Below, piece after piece: positions 42,161 through 52,338 of a stretch of DNA of 64,000 nucleotides. The notes under the pieces were generated by a model that did not search any database, was not told where the DNA came from, and was given only the letters and a program-made list of their open reading frames with translations. Positions within the stretch are counted from its first letter, which is position 1, and each line of letters opens with the position of its first letter. The stretch is from an uncultured Acidimicrobiia bacterium (lineage in GTDB: Bacteria; Actinomycetota; Acidimicrobiia; Acidimicrobiales; AC-14). The stretch is from contig CAWIIV010000012.1 in NCBI GenBank assembly GCA_963836205.1, positions 32,001 through 96,000 of the forward strand. Direction: 5' to 3'. Both the position numbers and the translations under genes were made by a program.

Positions 42161-42768
42161 GACGGGCCGGCCTGGTCAGTGAAGGGCGTGACCTCGAACA
42201 GTCGCCAATGAGCATCGGTCGCCGGTTCTCGCACCAGCGTCCAAAGCGAAGCTCCAGCCGGTGTACCCGGACTGTCCTGAATCACCTCGCCAGCTCCGTC
42301 CACCACACGAATACGTGGGGTCGGTCCGAAGCGGACGAACAACATCACCACGTTGTCAGCGGTGCGCTCCCGCAGCTGTACGAGTTCGACCGTTAGGTTT
42401 TCAGGCGGCGGGTCGTACCGCCAGCCCTTCGTCGCCAGGTTCGTAAGTCCCAGCTGACCTTCGGCGAAAAACTCGTAGCCGGGCACCTGAATTCTCTCTA
42501 GGAGCGCTGGGTCCGGGTGGGTGAAGAGCCAGTCCCTGTAGCTCACGATGCTTCGCACGATCGTGTCCCAGTCCTCGCCCGTGTTCCTAAGCTCCGGCGG
42601 CGCGTCCGGGTCAACGACGGACGGGGCGGTCGTCGCCGGCGCGTCGTCGCCCCCTTCGTCCGCGCCGCCACCGAAGACAATGAACGAGCCGATGACTACC
42701 ACCGCCAGCACGACCACGATGCCGATCCCGAGTGCTGTGCGGCTGCGCTGGCTGGGGCTGCTGCTCAC
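42157..42768 (-). CDS. Single-TM hypothetical protein
   Basis: N-terminal TM; overlaps both neighbours by 4 bp. Confidence 0.7.
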   Translation of the reverse strand: MSSSPSQRSRTALGIGIVVVLAVVVIGSFIVFGGGADEGGDDAPATTAPSVVDPDAPPELRNTGEDWDTIVRSIVSYRDWLFTHPDPALLERIQVPGYEFFAEGQLGLTNLATKGWRYDPPPENLTVELVQLRERTADNVVMLFVRFGPTPRIRVVDGAGEVIQDSPGTPAGASLWTLVREPATDAHWRLFEVTPFTDQAGPS

Positions 42769-43400
42769 GGGGCACCTCCGACTGATGCGTTACTGGCCGC
42801 TCGAGCGCGCACGGTCCACAGCCTCCAACTCTGGTCGGCTCCCTGGCGCATGACGACCTCCCAGCTGAACCTCTGGTCCGCCTCGCCCGGCCGACTCACC
42901 ACGACGTCGGCCATCACCACCTGCTCGCCCACTCGACTCCCGGCGCTGGTAGGTCCAATGGTTGCGTCGAAGCGGTACGGCGGCCCCGCCACCGGGCTGA
43001 TCTCTTCGCCGGCCAGCTGGGCGAATTGGGGTCCGCCGGCGTCGAAAGTGTCCCGCAGGGCGTCGAGGTCGCCGGTGGTGGCGAAGCGGGCCCAGTCCTC
43101 GAGCGCGGCCCAGGCCGCGGCCTCGGCCGGGGGAGCGACCACGACCGTGGTCGGAGCCGCGGTCGAGGCCGGCTCGGTCGAGGTCGGCACGGCCCCGCCG
43201 CCGCCGAGGCTACGGGCGACGGCCAGGGCGAGGGCCACGACCACCAGGATGGCCCCCCACCGCCGCCAGACGCTCGGCGACCGCCGCCGCTCGAAGCTCA
43301 CGACGTCCTCACCGTCGCCGTCGACCAGGTCCGGACCCGCGACCTCCGGCCGAGGCTCCGGCTCGTCGCCCAGCTCGCGGATGCCGAGCACCTCAGGCAT
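42765..43400 (-). CDS. Single-TM hypothetical protein (NTF2-like C-terminus possible)
   Basis: TM segment, then a domain ending WRLWTV; coupled to the tad genes. Confidence 0.65.
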   Translation of the reverse strand: MPEVLGIRELGDEPEPRPEVAGPDLVDGDGEDVVSFERRRSPSVWRRWGAILVVVALALAVARSLGGGGAVPTSTEPASTAAPTTVVVAPPAEAAAWAALEDWARFATTGDLDALRDTFDAGGPQFAQLAGEEISPVAGPPYRFDATIGPTSAGSRVGEQVVMADVVVSRPGEADQRFSWEVVMRQGADQSWRLWTVRARAASNASVGGAP

Positions 43401-43403
43401 GTC

Positions 43404-43829
43404 TCATCCCGAGTAGCGGGGCTCGGCCACCGCCGTCACCTCCACCCGGATGGGCTCGCTCGTGACCAGGCGCAGCAGCGTGAGTTGCACCTGCTCCTGG
43501 GCCCGCACCGTGATCCGCTCCGGAGTGGCGATCACCTCCGACGCGCTGAAACGGGCGGTGTCGCTCTGCGCCGCCAGATTGGCCCACGCCGCGTCCTCGG
43601 CCCGGGCCGGGTCGAGGGCAACCGTCCCCTCCCGGAACGACGCCTCGTCGATCTCGGCCGCGCCGGCATGGGCGGCGGCGTCGACCGCGGCCGCCACCCC
43701 CGCCCGCTCGCTGAAGACCCGCCACAGATCGAGGGCGACGCCGGCGAAGGCGAGGAAGCCCACCATGAGCCCGAGGAACCACAGTGCCGCGAAGCCGCCC
43801 TCGCCTCGGCCCCGGCCCCGACCCCTCAC
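43404..43829 (-). CDS. TadG/TadE-like pseudopilin
   Basis: GEGGFAALW...AGVALDLWR...AAVDAAAHAGA. Confidence 0.8.
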   Translation of the reverse strand: MRGRGRGRGEGGFAALWFLGLMVGFLAFAGVALDLWRVFSERAGVAAAVDAAAHAGAAEIDEASFREGTVALDPARAEDAAWANLAAQSDTARFSASEVIATPERITVRAQEQVQLTLLRLVTSEPIRVEVTAVAEPRYSG

Positions 43830-44266
43830 GGCAGGCTCCGGTAGCCGCCGGCGGCCTCGGTGTGCGACGTCGTCCACGTCCAGGCCCCGGCGCTGGCCAA
43901 CCCGGGAACGGCGATGGCCGGCATGCGGATACCGACCGTCGCCGTCACCTCGCCGTCGCGCTCGATGGAGCCGGTGAACGCCACCGTTATCGCCCCGGCC
44001 GCCAGCCCGTAGTTGGCGGCCGCATCGACCGCGGCCGCCACCCCCGCCCGCTCCGCGTCCGGCCACGACGTCTGCTCCGCCGCGGCCTGGGCGCCGACTC
44101 GGGCCAGCGTGCGGGCGGTGCTGGCCCGCTCCGGCCACACCGTCACGCTGACGGTCACCATCGCCACCAGCACCAGCACGATCACCCCGACGGCCAGCTC
44201 CAGCGCCGCCTGGCCGGCCTCGGATTCGACCCGGGCCCGTCTGACGCCCGCCGTCACCACGCTCAC
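43826..44266 (-). CDS. TadE-like pseudopilin
   Basis: SEAGQAALELAVGVIVL prepilin motif. Confidence 0.8.
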   Translation of the reverse strand: MSVVTAGVRRARVESEAGQAALELAVGVIVLVLVAMVTVSVTVWPERASTARTLARVGAQAAAEQTSWPDAERAGVAAAVDAAANYGLAAGAITVAFTGSIERDGEVTATVGIRMPAIAVPGLASAGAWTWTTSHTEAAGGYRSLP

Positions 44267-44649
44267 GGCAGCGCCGTCCGCCGGGCGGTGGCGGTGATGT
44301 CGAAGGTCCAGTCCGGGCCGGGGGCGATGGAGACGAAGCGGACCCGGGCCCGGGCCAGCACCCGTTCGCCGTCGTCGCTGCAGACGATCCTCACCTCTTC
44401 GCCCATGCGCCCGCCGAGCAGGCCCCCCAACGCCTGCGCCGCCCGCTGCTCGCAACGGGCGACGACGTCGTCGACCAACGAGCCGGCCCGGGCCCCCTCG
44501 TCGATGGCGGCCCGGACCACGCCCCGTCCGTAGGCGAACAGGGCCAGCTGCAGCAGCCAGACGAAGACCACCAGGGCGAGGACGTAGACGATGAGGGCCT
44601 GGAGCACGGCCTGGCCCCCCTCGTCCGCCCCGCTCCCGCCGGGGCCTAT
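44263..44649 (-). CDS. TadE-like pseudopilin (start uncertain)
   Basis: DEGGQAVLQALIV...RAAIDEGARAGS. Confidence 0.75.
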   Translation of the reverse strand: MGPGGSGADEGGQAVLQALIVYVLALVVFVWLLQLALFAYGRGVVRAAIDEGARAGSLVDDVVARCEQRAAQALGGLLGGRMGEEVRIVCSDDGERVLARARVRFVSIAPGPDWTFDITATARRTALP

Positions 44650-44840
44650 GAGCCGATGGTGCTGTCGCGCACCCACGTCACGACATCGGCCATGAGCGTG
44701 CGGGCGGGAGGCAGGAAGGCCAGCAGCAGGATGATGCCGACCACGCCGATGGCGACGGACTGCATGACCTCCCCCACCCCTGCCTCGTCCCGGCGCACGC
44801 GTGCCGTCACCCACAGGACCAGGGTGATGATCGGGTCCAT
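44646..44840 (-). CDS. Flp-type major pilin
   Basis: 64 aa; RRDEAGVGE cleavage motif plus hydrophobic helix; RBS AGGAGG. Confidence 0.75.
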   Translation of the reverse strand: MDPIITLVLWVTARVRRDEAGVGEVMQSVAIGVVGIILLLAFLPPARTLMADVVTWVRDSTIGS

Positions 44841-44955
44841 CGTCCTCCTGTCCGCGGCGACGGGTCAGCGCCGACCGCTTCGTTGATTGTGGATAAGTGT
44901 AAAACAGATGCGGTAGTCGTATCTAGTAGGAAGTTAGCGTGGCTTATCCCGCCGC

Positions 44956-45896
44956 TCAGGGGCTCCCGAAGACCAGGCTGGGCAACGGCGGCACCAGGAA
45001 CACGAAGCACACCGGGGCCATGAACACGATGGTGACCAGCATCATGCGCAGCTGGCGGGCGGTGGCCTTGCGGTCGACCTCCTCCCGCCGCTCGGCCCGC
45101 AGGTCGTCGGCGACGGCCCGCAGCGACTCGGCCAGATCCCCGCCGGCCTGCATCCCCGCAGCCAGCACCCGGTAGAGGCGACCGGCCATGGGCTCGGGCG
45201 TCTCCAGGGCCAGGCGCTCCAGCGCCTCGGGCTCCGCTCGTCCGCTCGACACCCATTCCAGGGCCATGGCCAGCTCCTCGATCACTGGGCCGCGGCCCCG
45301 GCCGCGGACCTCGCGGATGGCCCCCACCGGGCCGTAGCCGGTGCGGATCATGACCGCCAGCAGCTGGGCCACCACGTAGAGGTCGACCCGCATCCGCTCC
45401 CGCCGGGCGTCGATGGCCTTGGCCACCCGGCTGCGCCAGTGGACGGCGCCGAAGAACAGCCCCGCCGCCCCCAGCAGCAGCACCCCCGCGGCCTTGGGCA
45501 GCCCCGGCTGGACCAGCCCGAGGGCCACCCCCGCCCCTGTGCTGCCCGCGGCCCACGCCAGCTGGCGCATCCGGTAGTGCTGGGCGGACAGGCCGGCGAA
45601 GCCAGCCTGTCGCAGGCGCAGTACCAGCTCCTCGTCGCTGCAGGCGTCGACCCAGCCGCTGAGCCGCCGCGCCCCGCGGCGGCCAGGGGACCGAAGACCC
45701 GGCCCAGGCTGGTGGTGGGGCTGTCCACCCCCAGCACCGCGCTCATGTCGGCCGAGCGCCCGAGGCGGCTGCGGGCCAGCTGGGCGTACGGCGCGACCAG
45801 GGGCGCGAGGCGCCGGGGCGGGCGCACCAGCAGGCCCATCGCTCCGGCCGCGGCCACGGCCGCCCCCAGCGCCGCGCACAGGACCTGGACGCTCAC
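44956..45896 (-). CDS. tadC: TadC-like T2SSF-domain protein (frameshift near 45665)
   Basis: RLRQAG, IRTGYGP..AI, GMQAGGDLAESLRAVADDLRAERR. Confidence 0.8.
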
Positions 45897-46790
45897 CGGA
45901 TCGGGACCGCCTCGCCGGCCGCCGCGAACACCCGCTCCTCGCCCGGGATGCGGGCCTGGCGGCGGACCACGGCCATGCCCCCGAAGCCCAGCGCCACGCC
46001 CACGCCGAGCACGACCACCCCCCCGGGGGTGCCGAAGAAGCTGCGGTACTCGGGCACGCTCATGCACAGCACGACGAGCAGGAAGTAGGGCAGCACCAGG
46101 ACCCCCCGGGCCGAGAGCCGGTCCATGAGCTGGCGGCTCTCGATGTGGGCCATCAGCTCGAGGTCGGCGGTGATGGCCCGGGCCTGGTCGGCCAGCAGGT
46201 CCAGGATGATGGCTGGGCCCCTGGTCGACCGACGCGATGAGCACGTCGAGGACGCGGTCCGACACCGAGTCGGCCAGGTCGTCGCGCACCGCCTGTAGTG
46301 CCGCCCGCTGGTCGAGGGCCGCGCTCAGGCGGCTGTAACGCACGAAGGCCGCTCGCAGGGGCAGCGGCCCGGTCCGGGCCAGCGCGACGAGGGACTGGTG
46401 CATCGACAGGGGGCTGGCCAGGCTGGCCGACAGGTGGCGCAGGGCGTCGGGCCAGGCCTTGGCCCGCAGTCGGGCCTTGTTCCGCCGCACGGAGGCGAAG
46501 TAGGTCCGGGGCAGCGCCGCCACCGCCAGCGCCGGCAGCAGAGCCACGGTGACGGTGCCGGTCAACGCCAGCAGCAGGACGAAGGCGACCAGGCCACCGC
46601 CGATGGAGGCACCCCAGAACTGGACGGGATTGACGTCGGCCCCGGCCTGGTCCAGCCACTGCTGGGCCCGGGGCCGGCGGGGGCGGCGGGGCCGGGCCCG
46701 CAGGCCGATTCCGTCGGGGCTGTAGCCGACGAGGATGCCGACCAGCAGATAGACGAACACGGCCGCGGCCAGCGCCGCCAGCAGCCTCAT
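45893..46790 (-). CDS. tadB: TadB-like T2SSF-domain protein (frameshift near 46213)
   Basis: WLDQAG, AWPDALRHLSASL, several TM helices. Confidence 0.8.
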
Positions 46791-48130
46791 CGGGGCATCA
46801 CTTCGATCCTGCGCATGCGGCCCTCGAAGACCTTCTCCAGGCTGCTGCCCTGGTTGTGCAGCACTCGCTCCAGGCGCTCCCGCAGCCCGCCCGAGGGGTA
46901 GACGCCGGTCCAGCGCAGCGGGGCCCCGAGGTGGTCGCGAACGAAGAGGGGTTCGGTGGTGAAGCTGTGCTCGGCCCCCTGCATGGGCGGCACCGCTGCG
47001 ATCTCGAGCACCTGGCGGGTGATGGCGACGGCTCCGTCGCCCCCCTCCCGCAGGGCCAGGTCCTCCCGGTCGAGGTGCACCACGAGGTCGATGATGTCGG
47101 CGAACACCGACTGGATCTGGGCCGCGGGGACGTTCTCGCCGGCCAGCAGGGCCGTGTTGACCAGGGCGTTCATCGCCTCCCGGGGGCCGTTGGCGTGGAT
47201 GGTGCACAGCAGGCCGCAGCCGGCGTTGCCGGCCCGGGTCAGCTCGTAGGCCTCGGCCCCGCGCACCTCGCCCACCACCAGCACGTCGGCCCGCATGCCC
47301 AGGCACTGGTGGACGAGCTCGCGCAGGGAGATCTCGGCCTCGCCCTTGGAGCCGACGCCGACCTGGCGGGTCTTGTAGTAGTCGCCGTGGAACAGCGGCG
47401 CCGACAGCTCCCGGGTCACCTCGCAGCCCAGCACCCGATGGGCCGGGGGCATGGCCCGCACCAGGGCGTTGAGCATCGACGTCTTGCCCGCCCCCATGGG
47501 CCCGCTCACCAGCACCCCGGCCCGGATCTGGACCATGGCCCGCAGCAGCATGGCCGCCGAGCGCGTCAGCGAGCCCCGCTCGACCAGGGTGTCGAGGGTC
47601 TCGTTGCGCAGCGTGTACTTCCGAAGGGTGGCCGACAGCCGGTCGGAGATGGGCGGGATGATCACGCCCAGGCGCGCCCGCCCTCCCAGAACCTGGGTGG
47701 ACAGCATGGGCGTGCGCTGGTCCACGAAGCGCCCGGCGGTGCGCAGCAGGCGGTTGACGATGGCGGTCAGCTCCTCCTCGCTGGTGGGCTCGGAGACGTT
47801 CTCCAGGTTGCCGTTGGCGTCCAGGTACCAGACGTCGCCCCCCCGGATGAAGATCTCCTCCACGTCCCGGCGCTCCAGCAGGTCGGTCAGCACTCCCCAG
47901 TTGAGGACGGAGCGGATGAGGCGGCCGACCATGTCGGGGGGATCGGCCAGGGGCAGGCCCCCGAGTCCGGTGCGGGCCTCGCGCTGGTAACGGTCGACGA
48001 GGGTGCCGGCCAGCTCCGCGATGCGGCTGGCGTGCTCCTCGTTCTCGACGTCGAAGCTGCCTTCCCGCAGGGCGTCGAGCATCTGCTGGCGCAGCACCTC
48101 GTAGGCATCCCGTCCCGGTCCCCGGCTCAC
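46787..48130 (-). CDS. cpaF: CpaF/TadA pilus assembly ATPase
   Basis: DVEEIFIRG, SGPMGAGKTS, LGMRADVLVVGEVRGAEA, CTIHAN. Confidence 0.92.
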   Translation of the reverse strand: MSRGPGRDAYEVLRQQMLDALREGSFDVENEEHASRIAELAGTLVDRYQREARTGLGGLPLADPPDMVGRLIRSVLNWGVLTDLLERRDVEEIFIRGGDVWYLDANGNLENVSEPTSEEELTAIVNRLLRTAGRFVDQRTPMLSTQVLGGRARLGVIIPPISDRLSATLRKYTLRNETLDTLVERGSLTRSAAMLLRAMVQIRAGVLVSGPMGAGKTSMLNALVRAMPPAHRVLGCEVTRELSAPLFHGDYYKTRQVGVGSKGEAEISLRELVHQCLGMRADVLVVGEVRGAEAYELTRAGNAGCGLLCTIHANGPREAMNALVNTALLAGENVPAAQIQSVFADIIDLVVHLDREDLALREGGDGAVAITRQVLEIAAVPPMQGAEHSFTTEPLFVRDHLGAPLRWTGVYPSGGLRERLERVLHNQGSSLEKVFEGRMRRIEVMPR

Positions 48131-49371
48131 TGGACCCTCTCCCGCACCGGCACCAGCGCCGCGGCCAGGTCCTCGACGGCCTTGGCGAAGGGTCCCCGGC
48201 CCACCGGCGCCCCCCGCCAGCCGGCCTCCTCCACCCGGGGGTCGTCGGGCAGGAACCAAACGCCGGCCAGCAGGGCGGGGGCCATGTTCGAGCGCAGCGA
48301 TTCCTCCAGCTCGGCCCGCGCAAAGCGCGCCGACGGCATGCGGGCCAGCACCGCGTGCAGCGGTCGGGGACCGGCCAGGTCCTGGACCTCGGCCGCCCAG
48401 TCGAGCAGGGCCAGCGCACCCAGGCGGGTGGCGGGGCTGACCCCCACCACGGCGTCGGTGGCGGCGACCGTCGTACGGCTGGCGCCGAAGCGCTCCGGAC
48501 CCAGCCCGTCGAGCTCCTCCAGATGCGGCCCGCCCACCGCCACCACCCGATCCCAACGGGCGCGCAGTTCGTCGAGCAAAGCAGCCAGATCGGCGTCGCG
48601 CAGCTGGGCCCAGTCGGCGACGTTGGCCAGCCCGACGATGGCGTCCCACGCCACCGTTCCGCTGACCGCCCCGGTGCGGGTGGCCAGGGCCGGGGCGTGG
48701 GCGGCGTCGAGGTCGCCGTGGCGCAGCCAGTCGAGGGCGCTGAGCAGGTTGGGCTCGAGGCCGAAGCAGTAGCGCCGGGCCAGCGCCGGCCTGACCTCGT
48801 CGACGTCGACCACCACCGTGCGCTCGCCCCGGGCCACGAAGGCGCTGGCCAGGCTCCCGGCCACCTCGACGCCGGTGGGCTCGCCGCCCACGCCGACCAC
48901 GGTGATCAGGCGGGGCCCCCACCAGCCGCCCGGCGGCAGGCCCGGCTCCGGTGTCGCCGGCTCGATGCTGTCGAGGAGCATCCGCACCTCGTCGCCCAGG
49001 GCGGCGGCGGGGCCGAGGATCGAGATCTCCCGCAGCAGCGCCTCGGCCCCGGCGCCGGCGCCGACGGTGACGTCGACGCCGAGATCGTGCAGCGTGCGGC
49101 TGCCCGCGCCGTCGTCCTCGTCGGGATCGAAGACCCCGACGATGCCCACGCCCAACTCCCGTAGCCGGCGCACGCTGTAGCGGTCGAGCATGGAGGCCAC
49201 GTCGTCGATCACGACCACGTCGAAGGCGTCGTCGAACAGGGCCCGGGGCTCGCGCACCACCACCAGGCGCATACCCGACACGTGGTTGCGGACGTAGGCC
49301 TGCAACTCGCTGCGCCAGGCCCGGGTGCTGGCCACCACCGCCACCGTGAGCTCCGGCCCCGGCCCGCTCAC
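48127..49371 (-). CDS. CpaE/TadZ-like protein (receiver-like + degenerate MinD domain)
   Basis: Position in the tad operon; ITVVGVGG...ERTVVVDVD. Confidence 0.7.
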   Translation of the reverse strand: MSGPGPELTVAVVASTRAWRSELQAYVRNHVSGMRLVVVREPRALFDDAFDVVVIDDVASMLDRYSVRRLRELGVGIVGVFDPDEDDGAGSRTLHDLGVDVTVGAGAGAEALLREISILGPAAALGDEVRMLLDSIEPATPEPGLPPGGWWGPRLITVVGVGGEPTGVEVAGSLASAFVARGERTVVVDVDEVRPALARRYCFGLEPNLLSALDWLRHGDLDAAHAPALATRTGAVSGTVAWDAIVGLANVADWAQLRDADLAALLDELRARWDRVVAVGGPHLEELDGLGPERFGASRTTVAATDAVVGVSPATRLGALALLDWAAEVQDLAGPRPLHAVLARMPSARFARAELEESLRSNMAPALLAGVWFLPDDPRVEEAGWRGAPVGRGPFAKAVEDLAAALVPVRERVQ

Positions 49372-49547
49372 CGCTTCCCCCGGCTCAGCCCGTCACCGCC
49401 AACCGGCGGTACTGACTCGGGCCGCCGCCCGCCTCGTCGTTGGCCGCCGCCGGCCCCCGAGTTCACGACCGCCCCGGCCATCACCGGGCAAAGGGAGGTG
49501 TCCGGGCCCAGCCGTGTCGCGCCGATCGGGTGCATGGTCGTACCCAC

Positions 49548-50240
49548 CTACCCGGCCGTGCCGGGGATCGGCTCCGCTCCCGTCGAGCGCAGCACCTCGA
49601 TCTTGCCGCCCCGGACGGCGCCGGCCAGGCGCAGGGCGGTGTCGGCGTCGACGGCCAGGGTGACGTAGAACTGGCCTCCGGCGGTGCCGGACAGCCCCGC
49701 GCTGCCCCGCCGGGGTGCGACGGCGATGACCTCGGCGCCCCGGACCACGTACTCCACCGCCCCGTCGGCGGCGATGACGTCGACCCGGTCGCCCACCGCC
49801 AGCTCACCCCCGACCGCATGCTCGGCCGCCACCGGCACGCTCATGGCCCGCAGGCCGCTTGGCCCCGCCGTCCCGGCCAGCGCACTCGGCAGCACCGGCT
49901 CGCCCGCCGCGATGCGCCGGGTGGCGACGCGTGCCCCGGAGGCCAGCTCGGCGGGAGCAAGGAGGCCGGGTCGCAGCGACGACGACGCGCTCAGCTCGAC
50001 GGTGCGCACGTCTTCGGGCCCCACCGCCGCGCCGGGAGCGATGTCGTGGGCGGCCACGGCCACGGGGACCGTCTGGCCCCGCTCCCGCAGGGCGCTGACC
50101 ACCAGCACGAAGGTCAACAGCCCGGCGACGATCATAAGGAGATGCCCGCTGGCCAGCCGGCTCCGCCACCGCCGGCGCGGCGGCGGCGCGTGGCAGACGG
50201 GAGCTGCCGGCGTCGCTGTGAGTTGGCCGTTGCTGGTCAC
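49548..50240 (-). CDS. cpaB: CpaB/RcpC SAF-domain protein
   Basis: VAVAAHDIAPG..V, RRIAAGEPV, LRAMSVPV, LAVGDRVDVI. Confidence 0.85.
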   Translation of the reverse strand: MTSNGQLTATPAAPVCHAPPPRRRWRSRLASGHLLMIVAGLLTFVLVVSALRERGQTVPVAVAAHDIAPGAAVGPEDVRTVELSASSSLRPGLLAPAELASGARVATRRIAAGEPVLPSALAGTAGPSGLRAMSVPVAAEHAVGGELAVGDRVDVIAADGAVEYVVRGAEVIAVAPRRGSAGLSGTAGGQFYVTLAVDADTALRLAGAVRGGKIEVLRSTGAEPIPGTAG

Positions 50241-50364
50241 TGTCCGCTACCTCCCCCTAAAGGTTGCGAGATGGCGCTGGAAGATAGCTATGCGCCCTGA
50301 ACACATCAAGCATCCTCGGAACCGGTGCTACTTCTCCCTAACACCGCTGGGCTACCATCACGGC

Positions 50365-50676
50365 ATGACAAGCAGCGAGCCCGCCCCCCGGCGGGAGCGC
50401 AGGCCCAGTGTCGAGGCGGAAGGCGACTCGGCCGAGCGTCCCGAGGACGTTCTGCTGACCACGGCCCAGGTGGCCAAGATGCTCCAGCTGACGCCCAAGA
50501 GGGTCCTCGACCTGGTGAACGCCGGCATCCTCCCGGCCCACCGCCTGCCGGGGATGCGCCAGTTCCGGTTCTTCCGCCAGGCCATCCTGGACGCCTTCGC
50601 CGCCAACCCGGTCGGACCCGGGGAGGCCTCCGTCGAGGACGCTGAGGACACCGACACCGTCAACGCCGAACGATAA
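50365..50676 (+). CDS. Excisionase-like (HTH_17) DNA-binding protein
   Basis: LLTTAQVAKMLQLTPKRVLDLVNAGILPAHRLPGMRQFRF. Confidence 0.82.
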   Translation: MTSSEPAPRRERRPSVEAEGDSAERPEDVLLTTAQVAKMLQLTPKRVLDLVNAGILPAHRLPGMRQFRFFRQAILDAFAANPVGPGEASVEDAEDTDTVNAER

Positions 50677-51224
50677 AGCCAACCGCGGCCCGGGCCAGGA
50701 TCCGCTCCGGGCTCGGGGCCCGCCGGGCCAGGACGAGGTGGTCCCGGGCGACGACCAGCACCCGGCAGACCATCGACTCGAGGTCGGCACCGCCCAGCTC
50801 TACCTCTCGCCCCGTGGCCTCCAAGCCCTCGAGGCAGTCGGCGAAGGTGGCGGGGACGGTCCGACGCCGGGCTCGGCCCGCGCCCGGTGTCGGCTCGTGC
50901 AGCACCAGTTCGGTGACCGCGCTGAGCGCGATGTCGACGTCGCGCGCCACCCGAATCGCGCAGCACGGCCACATCCTGGCCGACATGCAGGATTGCGCCC
51001 ACGAAGCTCCGCCCGCCGATACGCACCCGCAGGCGTTGCCCCTTGTACATGGCCTCCAGTACGACATCGGCCAGGGTCTGTTCCTTGCGGGCGAGCTGTT
51101 CGCTGGCCTCCTCCAGGACTTCCTGCTCGTCGCGCAGCTCGGCCCGCAGCCGTCGCGATGACTCCGCCAGGTCGTCGGCCACCCCCTCCACGGCCATCAG
51201 CAACGTTGCCAACTGGCCGCCCAC
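50660..51224 (-). CDS. Hypothetical protein (frameshift near 50945)
   Basis: Two overlapping ORFs join; GRSFVGAILHVGQD and VLVVARDHLVL repeated beta motifs. Confidence 0.5.
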
Positions 51225-51335
51225 CGTTCAAGCATCTCCCCGACCTCCCTGTGCGCCGCATGCACTACCTCTAAGCTATCTTAACAATAAGTTAGCGTAA
51301 GTTGCTACCGTCGAGTGCGGAGGAGGTAGCTCCCA

Positions 51336-52064
51336 ATGAGCCCTCGAGTGGGGCCGGGTCTGCGGCTGGCCGGACTGATCGGGTTCGAGGCGGCCGCGGT
51401 GACGCTGCTGTGGGGCGGGGATCGGGCCGGCCTCGGCCGCGTCAAGTGGTCCCGCCTCGGGCACTGGCTCAGCGGAGCCCCGCCCGAGGACGCCGTGCTC
51501 ATCGCTGTGCGGACCGTGGCCGTCGTCCTCGCCGCCTGGCTGCTCCTCAGCACCCTGGCCTATCTGCTGGCCCGCCTCGCCGACGCGCCCGGGCTGGTGC
51601 GCGGCGCCCGCTGGGCCACCATGTCCGGCGTCCGCCGGCTCGTCGATGCGGCCGTCGCCGTATCGGTTCTCGGCGGCGCCTACCTCGGCCCTCGCCCCGC
51701 CTTCGCCCAAGTCCCGGTCCCATCGCCGCTCGTCATCGAGCTCTCGGTGCCGGCCCCCCACCTCTACACGCCCGTCGCCGCCGGCGACGGGCCGCCGGCC
51801 GTCTCCGAAGTCATCGCCACGCCGGGGGCGACGGTCCAACAAACCTGGACCGTCGCCCCCGGCGACTGCTTCTGGACCATCGCGGAGGAGGCTTTGGCCC
51901 GTACCTGGGGCCGGCCGCCCACCGACGCCGAAATCGTTCCCTACTGGCAGGTGGTGATCGAGGGCAACCGGTCCGTGCTGGTGGATCGCGACGATCCCGA
52001 CCTGATCTATCCCGCACAGGACTTCAAGGTCCCGCCCCCGTCGTCCCCCGATGTCACCGGCTGA
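51336..52064 (+). CDS. Membrane LysM-domain protein
   Basis: TM helices, then WTVAPGDCFWTIA...NR...DPDLIYPAQ. Confidence 0.85.
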   Translation: MSPRVGPGLRLAGLIGFEAAAVTLLWGGDRAGLGRVKWSRLGHWLSGAPPEDAVLIAVRTVAVVLAAWLLLSTLAYLLARLADAPGLVRGARWATMSGVRRLVDAAVAVSVLGGAYLGPRPAFAQVPVPSPLVIELSVPAPHLYTPVAAGDGPPAVSEVIATPGATVQQTWTVAPGDCFWTIAEEALARTWGRPPTDAEIVPYWQVVIEGNRSVLVDRDDPDLIYPAQDFKVPPPSSPDVTG

Positions 52065-52142
52065 CTCCCCGCAAGACCCTCGCAAGGAAGGACGCCCCCG
52101 GCGGTCGGTCCCCGCCGTGATGCGTCGAGCCGGATGGGCCAT

Positions 52143-52260
52143 GGGGGAGGGGCGTCCTCCCCCGGGCCCATGGTTGGGGTGCGGGGTGCCCGGCCCGTCA
52201 AGGGGCTGCGCCGTGAGGGCGACACCCCACACCCTCACAACGGTCCCCTTGACCGGCCTC
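52143..52260. promoter_or_regulatory. Hairpin element of the GTCAAGG/CCTTGAC family
   Basis: GTCAAGGGG (52197) / CCCCTTGAC (52245), inner GTGAGGG/CCCTCAC, preceded by GGGGGAGG/CCTCCCCC. Confidence 0.5.
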
Positions 52261-52338
52261 GGTGGGCGGGAGTTGTTGACGACCCGAACGGGGCGCTGTG
52301 GGCCGGTGACCATGGCTGTCGCCGAAGCTTCGCCGAGA

